A stretch of 64,000 nt of DNA from an uncultured Chloroflexia bacterium (lineage in GTDB: Bacteria; Chloroflexota; Limnocylindria; Limnocylindrales; CSP1-4). Position 1 is the stretch's first letter. Every line of letters begins with the position of its first letter. The translations under genes and the position numbers were made by a program. Below the pieces are notes generated by a model that had not been told where the DNA came from, ran no database searches, and was given only the letters and a program-made list of their open reading frames with translations. Positions 40,676 to 50,304 of this stretch are shown here, in pieces. The DNA lies in NCBI GenBank assembly GCA_963748625.1, contig CAVVJT010000003.1, positions 1 to 64,000 on the forward strand, in the 5' to 3' direction.

Positions 40676-41356
40676 ATGACCACCTCCATTGTCGTCAGCG
40701 ACCTCGACGGCACGCTCACCACCGCCGAGACCTGGCGCGGCGTCCTGGACTGGATCCGCCGTGAGCACCCGTCACGTGCGGCCACGTGGTTCGTGAAGGT
40801 GCGCATGCCACTCGTGATCTTCGCCAAGACCGGCCTCCTGCCCAAGGAGCGGTTCCGGGCGCGCTGGTTCGCCGACCTCGGCCACCTCCTGGCCGGACTG
40901 CCCGAGGAGCGCCTGCCGGAGCTGGCGGTGTGGGTGGTGGAGGAGTGCCTGTGGCCTGCCCGCCGCCTGGCGGCGCTCGATCTTGTCAACGCTGCGGTCG
41001 CCGACGCCCGCGAGGCCGATCCCGGGGTGCGCCTCGTTGTTGCGACCGGTGCCTACCAGGCGATCGCGGACGCTTGGGCGCGGCGGATGGAGGCGGATGT
41101 CGCGCTGGGCACGCCGCTCGAAGTGGCTGGAGGACGCCTCACTGGCAGGCTGGCCGCGGCGGTCCAGACGGGTGACCAGAAGGCCGCAGCGGTCCGGGCG
41201 CTCGCGCAGGGAGGATCGGTTGTGGCGGCCTTCGGGGACACAGCTGCGGACGCCGCGTTCCTGCAGCTCGCCGTGCGGGCCGTCGCGGTGGCGCCGGATG
41301 CCGAGCTCCGGCGGAACGCGGAGCAGGCCGGCTGGGAGATCGTGGACCCGTGCTGA
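40676..41356 (+). CDS. HAD-IB (SerB-like) hydrolase
   Basis: DLDGTL, ATG, K, AFGDTAAD. Confidence 0.85.
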   Translation: MTTSIVVSDLDGTLTTAETWRGVLDWIRREHPSRAATWFVKVRMPLVIFAKTGLLPKERFRARWFADLGHLLAGLPEERLPELAVWVVEECLWPARRLAALDLVNAAVADAREADPGVRLVVATGAYQAIADAWARRMEADVALGTPLEVAGGRLTGRLAAAVQTGDQKAAAVRALAQGGSVVAAFGDTAADAAFLQLAVRAVAVAPDAELRRNAEQAGWEIVDPC

Positions 41357-42045
41357 CCACGCGCTACCCCTGGCTCCTGTTCGATGCCGACGACACCCTG
41401 TTCGACTTCCGCGCTGCTGAGGCGCACGCGCTCGAGGCGGCGTTCCGGGACGTCGGCGTCTCCTTCGACCCCGCGTGGCTCGCGGTGTACCAGCAGGTGA
41501 ACGCACGGGCATGGCGGGCACTGGAGGAGGGGAGGACCACGCCAGAGCGACTGCGAGTCCTGCGGTTCGACGACCTCTTCGCCCAGCTGGGCCTGCCGCT
41601 CGATGCCGACGCGTTCAGCGTGACGTACCTGCGCCATCTGGGCACGCAGGCGGAGTTGGTGGACGGGGCCCTCGAGATGCTCGACGCCGTGCTGCCGGGG
41701 CGGCGGCTCGCCATCATCACCAACGGGCTCTCGGAGGTGCAGCGTCCACGCTTCGCCGCCTCGGCGATCGCGGACCGGATCGCCGCGGTCGTCATCTCGG
41801 AGGAGGTGGGCGTTGCGAAGCCGGATCCCGCGATCTTCGCCATCGCGCTCGAGCGCATGAACGGACCGGCGCCCCACGAAGTCCTGATGATCGGGGACAG
41901 CCTCAGCTCCGATATCGCGGGCGGAATTGCCGCCGGGCTGGACACCGTCTGGTTCAACCCCCGCGGCCTGGATGGGTCCGGCGGTCCGACCCCAACCATC
42001 GAGGTCGGCTCGCTGGCGGAGCTCGCGGCGCTGCTCGAGGGCTAG
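41350..42045 (+). CDS. YjjG-like pyrimidine nucleotidase (HAD)
   Basis: FDADDTLFDF, ITNG, KPDP, IGDSLSSDI. Confidence 0.88.
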   Translation: MLTTRYPWLLFDADDTLFDFRAAEAHALEAAFRDVGVSFDPAWLAVYQQVNARAWRALEEGRTTPERLRVLRFDDLFAQLGLPLDADAFSVTYLRHLGTQAELVDGALEMLDAVLPGRRLAIITNGLSEVQRPRFAASAIADRIAAVVISEEVGVAKPDPAIFAIALERMNGPAPHEVLMIGDSLSSDIAGGIAAGLDTVWFNPRGLDGSGGPTPTIEVGSLAELAALLEG

Positions 42046-42121
42046 CCGCGCATCCCGTCACCCGCCCCTTGCGCCACTGGGGTGGCGCTGGACCGTCACG
42101 GCGGCCGGGTACCATCCACTG

Positions 42122-42376
42122 ATGCGCCGCCACCTGCCTGACATCCTTGCCGTCCTCTCGCTGCCCGTGGGCATCGCGGCGTATCTCGCCACCGGTCAGG
42201 CCATCGCCACCCTTGCGCCCGGCCTGTCGCCCACGATCGTGGGCCTCTTCGTGCCGCTGTTCGTGGCGGGCGTCTGCATGATCCCGTTCGTGGCGCCCTG
42301 GTTCGACCGCCGCGCCAAGGCCGATCTTGCGAAGATCCGGGCCGACCGGGAGGACGAGGCGCGCAAGGGCCCCTAG
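42122..42376 (+). CDS. Small two-TM membrane protein
   Basis: Two hydrophobic helices; TACCAT 6 nt upstream of the ATG. Confidence 0.65.
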   Translation: MRRHLPDILAVLSLPVGIAAYLATGQAIATLAPGLSPTIVGLFVPLFVAGVCMIPFVAPWFDRRAKADLAKIRADREDEARKGP

Positions 42377-42410
42377 TGTCGTGTACCGCCGCTGACGGGC
42401 GGACACCCCT

Positions 42411-42490
42411 CCGCCCGGCGGCGCCCCTGCTGCGCCCGGCGGCGCCCCTGCCGCGCCCGGCGGCGCCCCTGCCGCGCCCGGCGGCGCCTG
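42411..42490. repeat. 21-bp GC-rich tandem repeat, about 4 copies
   Basis: GCCCGGCGGCGCCCCTGCCGC units. Confidence 0.8.
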
Positions 42491-42748
42491 GCGGCGCGAA
42501 TCGAGGGGCTCCACGCTGGGCTGGACGCCCAGACTGTCGATCCGTGGGTTGATCCCTGTGGGCCGCGGCCCGTTTCGCCCCATGGCCGGGGATGGAGGCG
42601 TGACACGAGCGCCGCATGTGTGCTCGGCGGCCGGTGATAAATCGCGGCGCCCGGGCCGCGGCCCGCCGGAACGGGCCGTTCGTCACTACACGCGCGACGT
42701 GGTTGCGGGCGAGGCTCTCGCGGTTGGCCCCACCACGCAGGAGAACCC

Positions 42749-43225
42749 ATGCGCAGGACGCTCAGCATCGTGGTTGCAGTGCTGGTGCTCGGCTTCATCG
42801 CCATCCAGTTCGTGCCGTACGGGCGCGAGCACACCAACCCACCCGTCACCGGTGCGCCCGCGTGGGACTCGGCGCAGACCGAGTCGCTGTTCAAGCAGGC
42901 CTGCGGTGACTGCCACAGCAACGCGACGACGTGGCCGTGGTACACGAACATCGCGCCCGTGTCCTGGCGGATCCAGAAGCATGTGGACGAAGGGCGTGAG
43001 GTGTTCAACGTGTCGGCCTGGGGCACGGCCGAACAGGAGGCTGATGAGGCAGCCGAACAGGTCGACAGCGGCGCCATGCCGCCGGGCGACTACCTGCTGC
43101 TGCACCCGGAGGCCCGCCTTGCCGATGCCGACAGGCAGGCGCTCATCGATGGCCTGACCGCGACCTTCGGAGGCGAAGGCGGGGAGGGCGCTGAGGGCGG
43201 CGAGGCCGAGGAAGGCGACGACTGA
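42749..43225 (+). CDS. Haem-binding (Haem_bd) c-type cytochrome
   Basis: [30 protein letters not shown]; acidic tail. Confidence 0.88.
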   Translation: MRRTLSIVVAVLVLGFIAIQFVPYGREHTNPPVTGAPAWDSAQTESLFKQACGDCHSNATTWPWYTNIAPVSWRIQKHVDEGREVFNVSAWGTAEQEADEAAEQVDSGAMPPGDYLLLHPEARLADADRQALIDGLTATFGGEGGEGAEGGEAEEGDD

Positions 43226-43268
43226 TCGTCTCCCGGCCCATGCTGGGCGCACCGCCGATGGAGGACAC

Positions 43269-43649
43269 GTGAACGGCTCTGCCACAGTTTTCATCACCTC
43301 GGCCCTCGTCCTGTACACCATCGGCGTCTGGAGCGAGCGCTTCCAGGGGCGCCTGAAGTGGTGGCACCTGGTGTTCTTCTACGCGGGCCTGGTGTGCGAC
43401 ACCGTGGGCACCGGGATGATGTTCGACTTCGCGGGCGGGCTGACCTTCGACGTGCACGGGATCAGCGGCCTGCTCGCGATCATCCTGATGGGGATCCACG
43501 CGCTCTGGGCGACCATCGTGCTGCTGCGTCACGACGAGCGGCTCATCATGACGTTCCACCGGTTCAGCATCGCGGTCTGGTTGATCTGGCTGATCCCGTA
43601 CTTCAGCCCGATGTTCTTCGCGATGGCGGGAGCGGGAGCGGCCGGCTAG
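43269..43649 (+). CDS. HsmA/TIGR03987-like membrane protein
   Basis: LYTIGVWSE, CDTVGT, FHRFSIAVWLIWLIPY. Confidence 0.75.
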   Translation: MNGSATVFITSALVLYTIGVWSERFQGRLKWWHLVFFYAGLVCDTVGTGMMFDFAGGLTFDVHGISGLLAIILMGIHALWATIVLLRHDERLIMTFHRFSIAVWLIWLIPYFSPMFFAMAGAGAAG

Positions 43650-43699
43650 CGCGAAGATGCCCCCACCTGGCGCGACGATCCCCCAGCCGGCACCGGTTC

Positions 43700-44200
43700 T
43701 CAGCCAGCAGCGTCCCCAGCCACCTCGGCAGCGATGGCGGATGCCCATGCCCCGATGGCATCCCAGTCGCGGAAGTCCCCGATCACATGGGTCTTGAGCA
43801 CCTGCGGATCGACCGGCGCGTCGGCCGCCAGCCGCCCGCCGAACGTGCGGTGCTCGCGGTAGGGGATGCCCGCGACGATGCCTGCCGCGTGCTCGGTGAT
43901 CGGCAGGTTGGCCGCAGCGAGCCTGCTGTCGAGCGGGCCGCTGCTGAACAGCCATACACGGCGGGCGGCCAGACCATCCCGGTGGCGGTCCACGAACTTG
44001 TTCGCATCGCGCTGCCAGTGCGCCGCGTACAGCGCGCTGCCCAGGACCACGGCGTCGTACCCCTCGAGCGAGCGGATCTCGCGCACAGGGCGCGTGTCGA
44101 CATCGTGGCCCTCGCGCTCGAGGACCGCGGCGATGGCGCGCGCGACCTCGGTCGTGGACCCGAGCTTGGAGGCGTAGGCGACGAGGACACGGGCGGCCAT
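43700..44200 (-). CDS. Flavodoxin-domain protein (HemG-like), copy 2
   Basis: VAYASKLGST, VLGSALY, WLFSSGP, GDFRDW. Confidence 0.85.
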   Translation of the reverse strand: MAARVLVAYASKLGSTTEVARAIAAVLEREGHDVDTRPVREIRSLEGYDAVVLGSALYAAHWQRDANKFVDRHRDGLAARRVWLFSSGPLDSRLAAANLPITEHAAGIVAGIPYREHRTFGGRLAADAPVDPQVLKTHVIGDFRDWDAIGAWASAIAAEVAGDAAG

Positions 44201-44324
44201 TGGACGGTCAGGCTCCTGCGAGCGGTGACGACGACTGTCGGCGTGCATCTTGCCCCAGACAGCGTGCGGATGGCGACCCGGCGCGCGTCTTCGCCCCGCA
44301 CAGCACGTCATTGACCTGGGGAGC

Positions 44325-44362
44325 GCGAAGCCCGGCAGGAGGGGACGTCTGCCGGGCTTCGC
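44325..44362. terminator. Strong stem-loop downstream of the DoxX gene
   Basis: GCGAAGCCCGGCAG...CTGCCGGGCTTCGC. Confidence 0.55.
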
Positions 44363-44423
44363 CGATGGGTTCGCGCAACGGCGGCCCCCACCTCGATGAG
44401 GCAGGCGCCGGGCCGTCAGCAGG

Positions 44424-45005
44424 TCAGGCGGTCACAGGCACCGGCTGGTGGCCGCCGTCGGCCGTCTCGGGAGTGTCGCCCGACATCAGCCACGTGCGCA
44501 CGCCGCGCGGGACCTTTGGAGCGAGGATCGCGTCAAGGCCGTAGTAGCGGCCTGCCCCGATGCCGGCGACCGTGAGGCAGATGAGCGCGTAGGCGAGGTG
44601 CTGGTTGACCACGCCGTACTGGAAGTCCCAGGCGGCGAAGAAGAAGAACGTCATCATGAGGGCGCCCATCACGGCGCCGAAGCGGGTGAGCAGGCCAAGG
44701 ATCAGCGCGATGCCGATCCCGACCTGGCCGAATGGCACCAGCACGTTGACCAGCCCCATCAGGGTCGAGTTGCCGGCGAGCGCCAGCCAGAGGCCCTGGG
44801 TCGGGTTGACGATTGTCCCCTCGGCGATCTCACCGCTCACGAACGGCCAGCCCAGGGTGCCGGCCGTCGCGAACTTGAGGAATCCGCTCGCATCGAACGC
44901 CTGCGGCGCGAGGAGCTTCTCCAGCCCCGCCCACAGGAAGATGATGCCGACGGTGATGCGGAGCAGCGCGACACCGCGCTGGTGAACCTTGCCGGTGATC
45001 TCCAC
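44424..45005 (-). CDS. DoxX/DoxD-like membrane protein
   Basis: LRITVGIIFLWAGLEK, GIALILGLLTR, VNQHL, GAGRYYGLD. Confidence 0.85.
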   Translation of the reverse strand: MEITGKVHQRGVALLRITVGIIFLWAGLEKLLAPQAFDASGFLKFATAGTLGWPFVSGEIAEGTIVNPTQGLWLALAGNSTLMGLVNVLVPFGQVGIGIALILGLLTRFGAVMGALMMTFFFFAAWDFQYGVVNQHLAYALICLTVAGIGAGRYYGLDAILAPKVPRGVRTWLMSGDTPETADGGHQPVPVTA

Positions 45006-45198
45006 GGCGAACTACCTCCGACCCCTCCGTCCGGTGACCGTCACCGGCGGGCCCTCATGCAGGGTCATGTCCTGTGCCTCCGGCCCGTGGCGATACGGGT
45101 GCATCGCTGGGGGCCATCTGGCCCACCCACCATAGTCCATTAGGAGGTCAACAGCATCATCCGACCGACGGGCACCTGGTGCCTGTAGGCTCCGCACG

Positions 45199-46002
45199 AT
45201 GAGTTCACCCCCCGCGGAGGCTGTCCGCGCCGACACCTCCAGCACGCCCGCCGGGTCCCGAGTGCGGGCCTGGCTTGCTGCCGGGCCGGCGTATCCGCCC
45301 GACGCCGGCGATCTCCGCACGGTGTCCGTCATCGGGCTCCAGTTGCCGGTCCGCGCCACGGTGGCGGTCGTCGTGGTCGCAGTGATCCTGCTCCTCGACT
45401 ACCACGGCCGGATCGACGAGGTGGTGCGCGCGCTCCTGGGTCCGCTGGGTTCCACGGTGGCGGACGCGAAGCGGGTCCAGTCCCTGGGCCGCCTGGCGCT
45501 GGAGGGGCTTGTCCCACTCCTGGTGGTGATCCTCGTGTTCCGGGACAGTCCGGGCCGCTACGGTCTGCGCCGTCGGTGACTGGCGGGCGGGCGCCGTGAT
45601 TGCCGCGGCCGGGTGCGCGGTGATGACGCCGGTGGTGGTCGGGCTCGTCTCGCATGCCTGGCTTCGCGTCGTACTACGCGCCGCAGGCGACCGGAGCCGC
45701 TCGACGTGATCGTCACGACGGCCCTCGAGGTGATCCCTGCCGAGTTCTTCTTCCGCGGGTTCCTCCTCTTCGCGCTGCTGCGCATCGCCGGACCGATCGC
45801 CGTCGTGATCGCCACCCTGCCGTTCGCCTTCGTCCACCTCGGCAAGCCCGAAATCGAGACCCTCAGCACCCTCGCGGGCGGAGTTGCGTACGGCTGGCTG
45901 GACTGGCGGACGGGATCGGTCCTGTGGAGCGGCCTGGCGCACACGTGGATCCTGGCGCTGGCCGTGGTGATGGCGGGGATCATGACCGGCGGCGCCGCCT
46001 GA
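45199..46002 (+). CDS. CPBP/Abi intramembrane metalloprotease (frameshifts between about 45570 and 45700)
   Basis: EFFFRG, FAFVHLGKP.IE, RTGS...AH. Confidence 0.8.
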
Positions 46003-46028
46003 GGGGCGGCACCGGTATCCTCGGATCC

Positions 46029-47006
46029 ATGGCCCGCGACATCGCCCCCCAGGAGATCACCGACCTCGCTGACGCACGAGCCGCAGCTCGGCGCGCCCGG
46101 GACTGGGCGACCGCTGACGGTCTGCTCGCCCGGATCGAGGACGCCGGCTGGAAGGTTGTGGACGCCGGGACGATGTACGACCTTGTGCGTGCCGTTCCTG
46201 ACGACGTGGTTGACGGTGGGCAGGTCCGCTACGGGTCGAGCGCCTCGGTGCCGTCTCGACTGGGGGAGGCTCCGACGGGCCTTGCGAGCGTCGTGATGGT
46301 CGCCACCGACTGGCCGGAGGACGTCCAGCGCGCCGTGGGCGCCTTCCGGGCGCACTCGCCCGCAGACACCCAGCTCATCGTGGTCGCCAATGGGCCCTCG
46401 GAGGACCAGGCGGCCGTGCTCGAGGGTCTCGCGGCGGACGACGGGGTCGAAGTCGTCTGGCTGGCGGGGCGCATGGGGCAGGCCACCGCGCTCAACGCGG
46501 GGATCCGGCGAGCGACCGGGCCCATCGTCCTGATCGTGGACACCAGCATCGAGCCGCAGGGTGATCTCGTCTCGGCCGTCGTGGCCGCGCTCGCCCCCGA
46601 CGACGTCGCCGTGGCCGGACCCGTTGGGATCGTCTCGGATGACATGCGCCACTTCGGCAACCCGGCGGAGGGTGCCGTGGATGTGGATGCGATCGAGGGC
46701 TATGCCCTCGGGTTCCGCCGCGCGGACTTCGCGGCCCGCGGCCCGCTCGACGAGCACTTCGTCTTCTACCGGAACCTGGACATCTGGTGGAGCCTCGCCC
46801 TCCGCGACCAGCCCGAGGACGCGGGCGATGACGTCGCGCCGCGCCGGGCGGTCCGCGTGCTGGGCGTACCCGTGGACCGCCACGTGCACCGGGGCTGGAC
46901 CAGCCTGCCCGTCGACGAACGGGACCGCCTCTCGAAGAAGAACTTCTACCGGGTCCTCAAGCGCTTCGCCTCGCGCCGGGACCTGCTGGGCGCGCAGCGG
47001 ACCTGA
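46029..47006 (+). CDS. GT2-like glycosyltransferase with an N-terminal CysRS C-terminal-like helical domain
   Basis: ARAAARRARDWATADGL..RIEDAGWKVVD, followed by IVVANG, ALNAG, GPLDEHF..Y..DI. Confidence 0.75.
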   Translation: MARDIAPQEITDLADARAAARRARDWATADGLLARIEDAGWKVVDAGTMYDLVRAVPDDVVDGGQVRYGSSASVPSRLGEAPTGLASVVMVATDWPEDVQRAVGAFRAHSPADTQLIVVANGPSEDQAAVLEGLAADDGVEVVWLAGRMGQATALNAGIRRATGPIVLIVDTSIEPQGDLVSAVVAALAPDDVAVAGPVGIVSDDMRHFGNPAEGAVDVDAIEGYALGFRRADFAARGPLDEHFVFYRNLDIWWSLALRDQPEDAGDDVAPRRAVRVLGVPVDRHVHRGWTSLPVDERDRLSKKNFYRVLKRFASRRDLLGAQRT

Positions 47007-47038
47007 CCGCCTCGAGCTCCTTGCAACGGCCCTAACAC

Positions 47039-47136
47039 TTCTGGGGCGGGCACGTTACCAAGACAGAGGCCTCGTACTAGAGCATCGTTCCCCCGGCGGT
47101 GTGGCACGGCGAGGCCTCACTTCCTGTCCGGGATCC
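47039..47136. ncRNA. Candidate structured ncRNA (rod-like hairpin with internal bubble)
   Basis: Nested pairings CTGGGGCGGG/CCTGCGCCAG, GACAG/CTGTC, GAGGCCTCG/CGAGGCCTC. Confidence 0.35.
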
Positions 47137-47266
47137 TGCGCCAGGGAACCGGCGACGCCTCCGGCGCGTCCCCGGACTGGCGCCGGACGGGGTCCCAGGG
47201 GGTCCGCCCGTATACTCCGGCCACGGGTCGTCGCGCCCGGATCATCGACTGCCGGAGGGGCAATCC

Positions 47267-48913
47267 GTGGAGCCAGACCTGTTCGAGCCGGGCCCGGTGG
47301 CACCGCCATCGCGGGGCCGCCGGGTGGTGCTGGGCGTGATCGCCTCCGTCATCGTCGTCGTGATGCTGGTGGCGGCGTGGCCCACGGGGCGTGGCGGACC
47401 GGTGCCGTCCGCGGCGGCTGCCGGCGGCGGCGACCAGGTGACGATCCTGGCCGGCACGCCGGCGTCCATCGACCCGGCGCGCCACGGTGACCTGGGCTCC
47501 GCCGCGTACGTCAGCCAGCTGTACGAGACGCTGACGGCGGTTGACCCGTCGCTCGCCATCCAGCCCGCCCTCGCGGAGACCTGGACGATCGCCGACGACG
47601 GCCGGCGCGTCACCTTCACGCTGCGCCCGGACCTGCAGTTCAGCGATGGCTCGCCGCTCCGCGCTGACGACGTGGTGCGCAGCTGGCGCCGCCTGTTCAC
47701 GCCGGGCAATCCGTCGCCGCTCGCATCGCTCATCGCGGACGTGAAGGGCGCCCGCGAGCTGCTGACGGGCGCGAGCTCCGACACCTCGTCGTTGGGCGTG
47801 CGCGCCGAGGGGGACCGCACGGTGGTCGTGGACCTCGAGCGGGGCGGCGGCGACCTGCCCGCCATCGTGTCCGGCGCGCCGTTCGCCGTGGTGCCGTCGA
47901 CGGTCGGCGAGGCCGAGATCGTCCCGGATCCCGGGACCATGGTCGGCTCGGGGGCCTACACGCTCGAGCGGGTGGACACCGATCGCTTCGTCCTCAAGGC
48001 AAATCCGCGCTACTGGGCGGGCGAGCCGGCCATCGGCACGGTTGACATGATCACGTCCCTCGAGGGCAGGAGCGCCGTCGAGGCCTTCGAGGCCGGCGAC
48101 CTTGACGTCGCCCCAATCACCTTCCTCGACGCAGGCTGGATCGCCTATGACCGCTCGCTCGGGCCCACGCTCCGGAGCGAGCCCGATCTCTCGGTCACCT
48201 ACTACGGCTTCGACACCCGACGGCCGCCGTTCGACGACGTCCGCGTCCGGCAGGCGTTCGGCATGGCCGTTGACTGGCGCAGGCTGGCCGCGCTCGACGA
48301 GCCAGGGTCCTCCGTGCCGGCCACGGGCATGGTCCCGTCCGGCATCCCCGGCACGCCCGACGGTGACTACCTGCCGCCGTACGACCCCGATGCCGCCCGC
48401 GCGCTGCTCGCCGAGGCCGGCTATCCCGGTGGCGCGGGCCTGCCCCCGATCTCCTTCATCGCCAATGGCGGCGGCTACGACGAGGGGATCGTGGCCATGC
48501 TGGAGGAGAACCTGGGCGTCACGATCGACTACGCCACGATGGACTTCGGCCTCTACCAGGAGCGGCTCGCGACCGATCCGCCCCAGATCTGGAGCCTGTC
48601 ATGGGTGGCCGACTACCCGGGCCCCAACGACTTCCTGGGCGTCCTGCTCGGTACCGGCTCCACAGCCAACCAGGGCGGATGGTCGGATGCCGCGTTCGAC
48701 GCGGCTGTCGCCGAGGCCTCGTCCGCGGCAGACCCGGCTGCCGCCACAGCGGACTATGCGCGGGCGCTGGAGATCGTCCGCGACCAGGTGCCGGTCGTGC
48801 CCGTCGCGTACGGGACGTCCTTCTCGCTGGTCCGGGACGGCCTCCTGGGCGCAGGTGAGACAGGGACCGGCATCCTGCGCCTGGCCGGCCTCGCATGGGA
48901 GGACGGGCAGTGA
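47267..48913 (+). CDS. Family-5 (peptide) ABC substrate-binding protein
   Basis: LYETL, PALAETW, FSDGSPL.ADDV, PFDDVRVRQAF, WVADYP; TATACT -10 at 47211. Confidence 0.9.
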   Translation: MEPDLFEPGPVAPPSRGRRVVLGVIASVIVVVMLVAAWPTGRGGPVPSAAAAGGGDQVTILAGTPASIDPARHGDLGSAAYVSQLYETLTAVDPSLAIQPALAETWTIADDGRRVTFTLRPDLQFSDGSPLRADDVVRSWRRLFTPGNPSPLASLIADVKGARELLTGASSDTSSLGVRAEGDRTVVVDLERGGGDLPAIVSGAPFAVVPSTVGEAEIVPDPGTMVGSGAYTLERVDTDRFVLKANPRYWAGEPAIGTVDMITSLEGRSAVEAFEAGDLDVAPITFLDAGWIAYDRSLGPTLRSEPDLSVTYYGFDTRRPPFDDVRVRQAFGMAVDWRRLAALDEPGSSVPATGMVPSGIPGTPDGDYLPPYDPDAARALLAEAGYPGGAGLPPISFIANGGGYDEGIVAMLEENLGVTIDYATMDFGLYQERLATDPPQIWSLSWVADYPGPNDFLGVLLGTGSTANQGGWSDAAFDAAVAEASSAADPAAATADYARALEIVRDQVPVVPVAYGTSFSLVRDGLLGAGETGTGILRLAGLAWEDGQ

Positions 48914-50304
48914 ACGCCGTTCGCCGTCTCCCGCGCGCCATCGCCGCGCTGCTCGTGGGCATCGCCCTCCTGCGTCCCGATGGCGCCTGCCGCCCTGGCC
49001 GCCGATGTCACGTTCGGCAAGCCCGAGTACACGTCCGTCTACAACGAGGGGATCACGTTCACGGTGCCCTTCACCAGCGGCAGCACGCCGGACCGGGTGG
49101 AGATCCGGATGCAGTTCCCGGACGCACTCGGGCCGTTCATCAGCGTGGTCGAGCCGCCGCCGGGGGCGTCGGGCGAGCTCACGTACGTCCTCCCGCTCAC
49201 GGGCGTCCGGCCACCTCGTTCCGAACACCACCTTCGACGTCACCTGGGCCGCCTATCCAGAGGCCGGCGGCGAACCCGTCCTGAGCGCGCCGCTTCGCGT
49301 CCGCTACACCGACACCGCCCACGACTGGCGGACGCTCGAGGGCGACGTCGTGAAGGTCCACTGGTACGACGGGGTCGGAGGCGTTCGCCAGGCGCGCGCT
49401 CAAGATCGGCGACGACGCGGTCCGAGAGACGGCCGCGCTGCTGGGCGTCACCGAGACCGAGCCGATCGACTTCTTCATCTACACCGACGGCGCCTCCTTC
49501 CGCGAGGCGCTGGGCCCGGGCACGCGCGAGAACGTCGGCGGCCAGGCCCATTCGGACATCCGCACCCTGTTCGCGCTGATCGAGCCATCTGCGATCGAGG
49601 ACCCGTGGGTCGGCGTCGTGGTCCCGCACGAGCTCGTGCATCTCGTCTTCGACACCGCCGTGGACAACGCGTTCCGGTTCCCGCCCCGGTGGCTCAACGA
49701 GGGGCTCGCGGTGTACCTCTCCGAGGGCTACACCCGGAGCGACAAGCGTCTCGTGGAACAGGCCGTGGACGATCGATCACTCCTGCCGCTGACGGCACTC
49801 ACCGGCCAGTTCCCCACGGACTTCAGCGCCACATACCTCGCGTACGCCGAGTCCGCGTCAGCGATCGACTTCCTGGTCCGCACCTATGGACGCGACGCGA
49901 TGCTTGGCCTGGTCGCCTCGTACGCTGATGGTCTGACCGACGACGAGGCGTTCACGCAGGCCACAGGCAAGGACCTGGCCGCCTTCCAGGCGGCGTGGCT
50001 GGCCGAGCTCGGGGCCGCCGACCCGGAGCGCTATGGGCCGCAGTCGAACCCGCCCGGGCCGGTCCCGCCGGGCTGGGACCAGCCGCTGCCGACCGGTGCC
50101 CCGGGCTCATCGCCTACCGCGCCCGGCTCGACGGCCGCACCCGGCTCGACGGCCGCCCCCGGCGCCAGCGGCCAGCCCGTGCCTGAGGACGTCCGCGTGG
50201 AGGGAGGCGAGTTCACGGCCCCGCTGGCGGCCGCCATCGTGATTGTCTTCGGCATCTTCTTCGTGGTGCTGATCGTGGTCCGGAGGCGCCCCGAGCCATC
50301 GTGA
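48910..50304 (+). CDS. Peptidase MA-like zinc metallohydrolase with C-terminal TM anchor (frameshifts near 48975, 49205 and 49375)
   Basis: HELVH, PRWLNEGLAVY, AYAESAS; Pro-rich linker followed by a TM helix. Confidence 0.82.

Noticed and set aside
47165-47210. ZTP riboswitch-like GACTGGCG...GCCCG
   Set aside because: Lacks the GGTGG/CCAC stem and CCTGGGC end, lies upstream of the -10, and the gene context does not fit
50120-50160. 18-bp repeat within the peptidase gene
   Set aside because: Encodes an ordinary APGSTA linker repeat
715-50304. Many apparent pseudogenes or programmed frameshifts (ybjT-like, kdpD, luxR, modA, CPBP, peptidase)
   Set aside because: Scattered small indels in otherwise undegraded genes, with no slippery heptamers seen; most consistent with sequencing error
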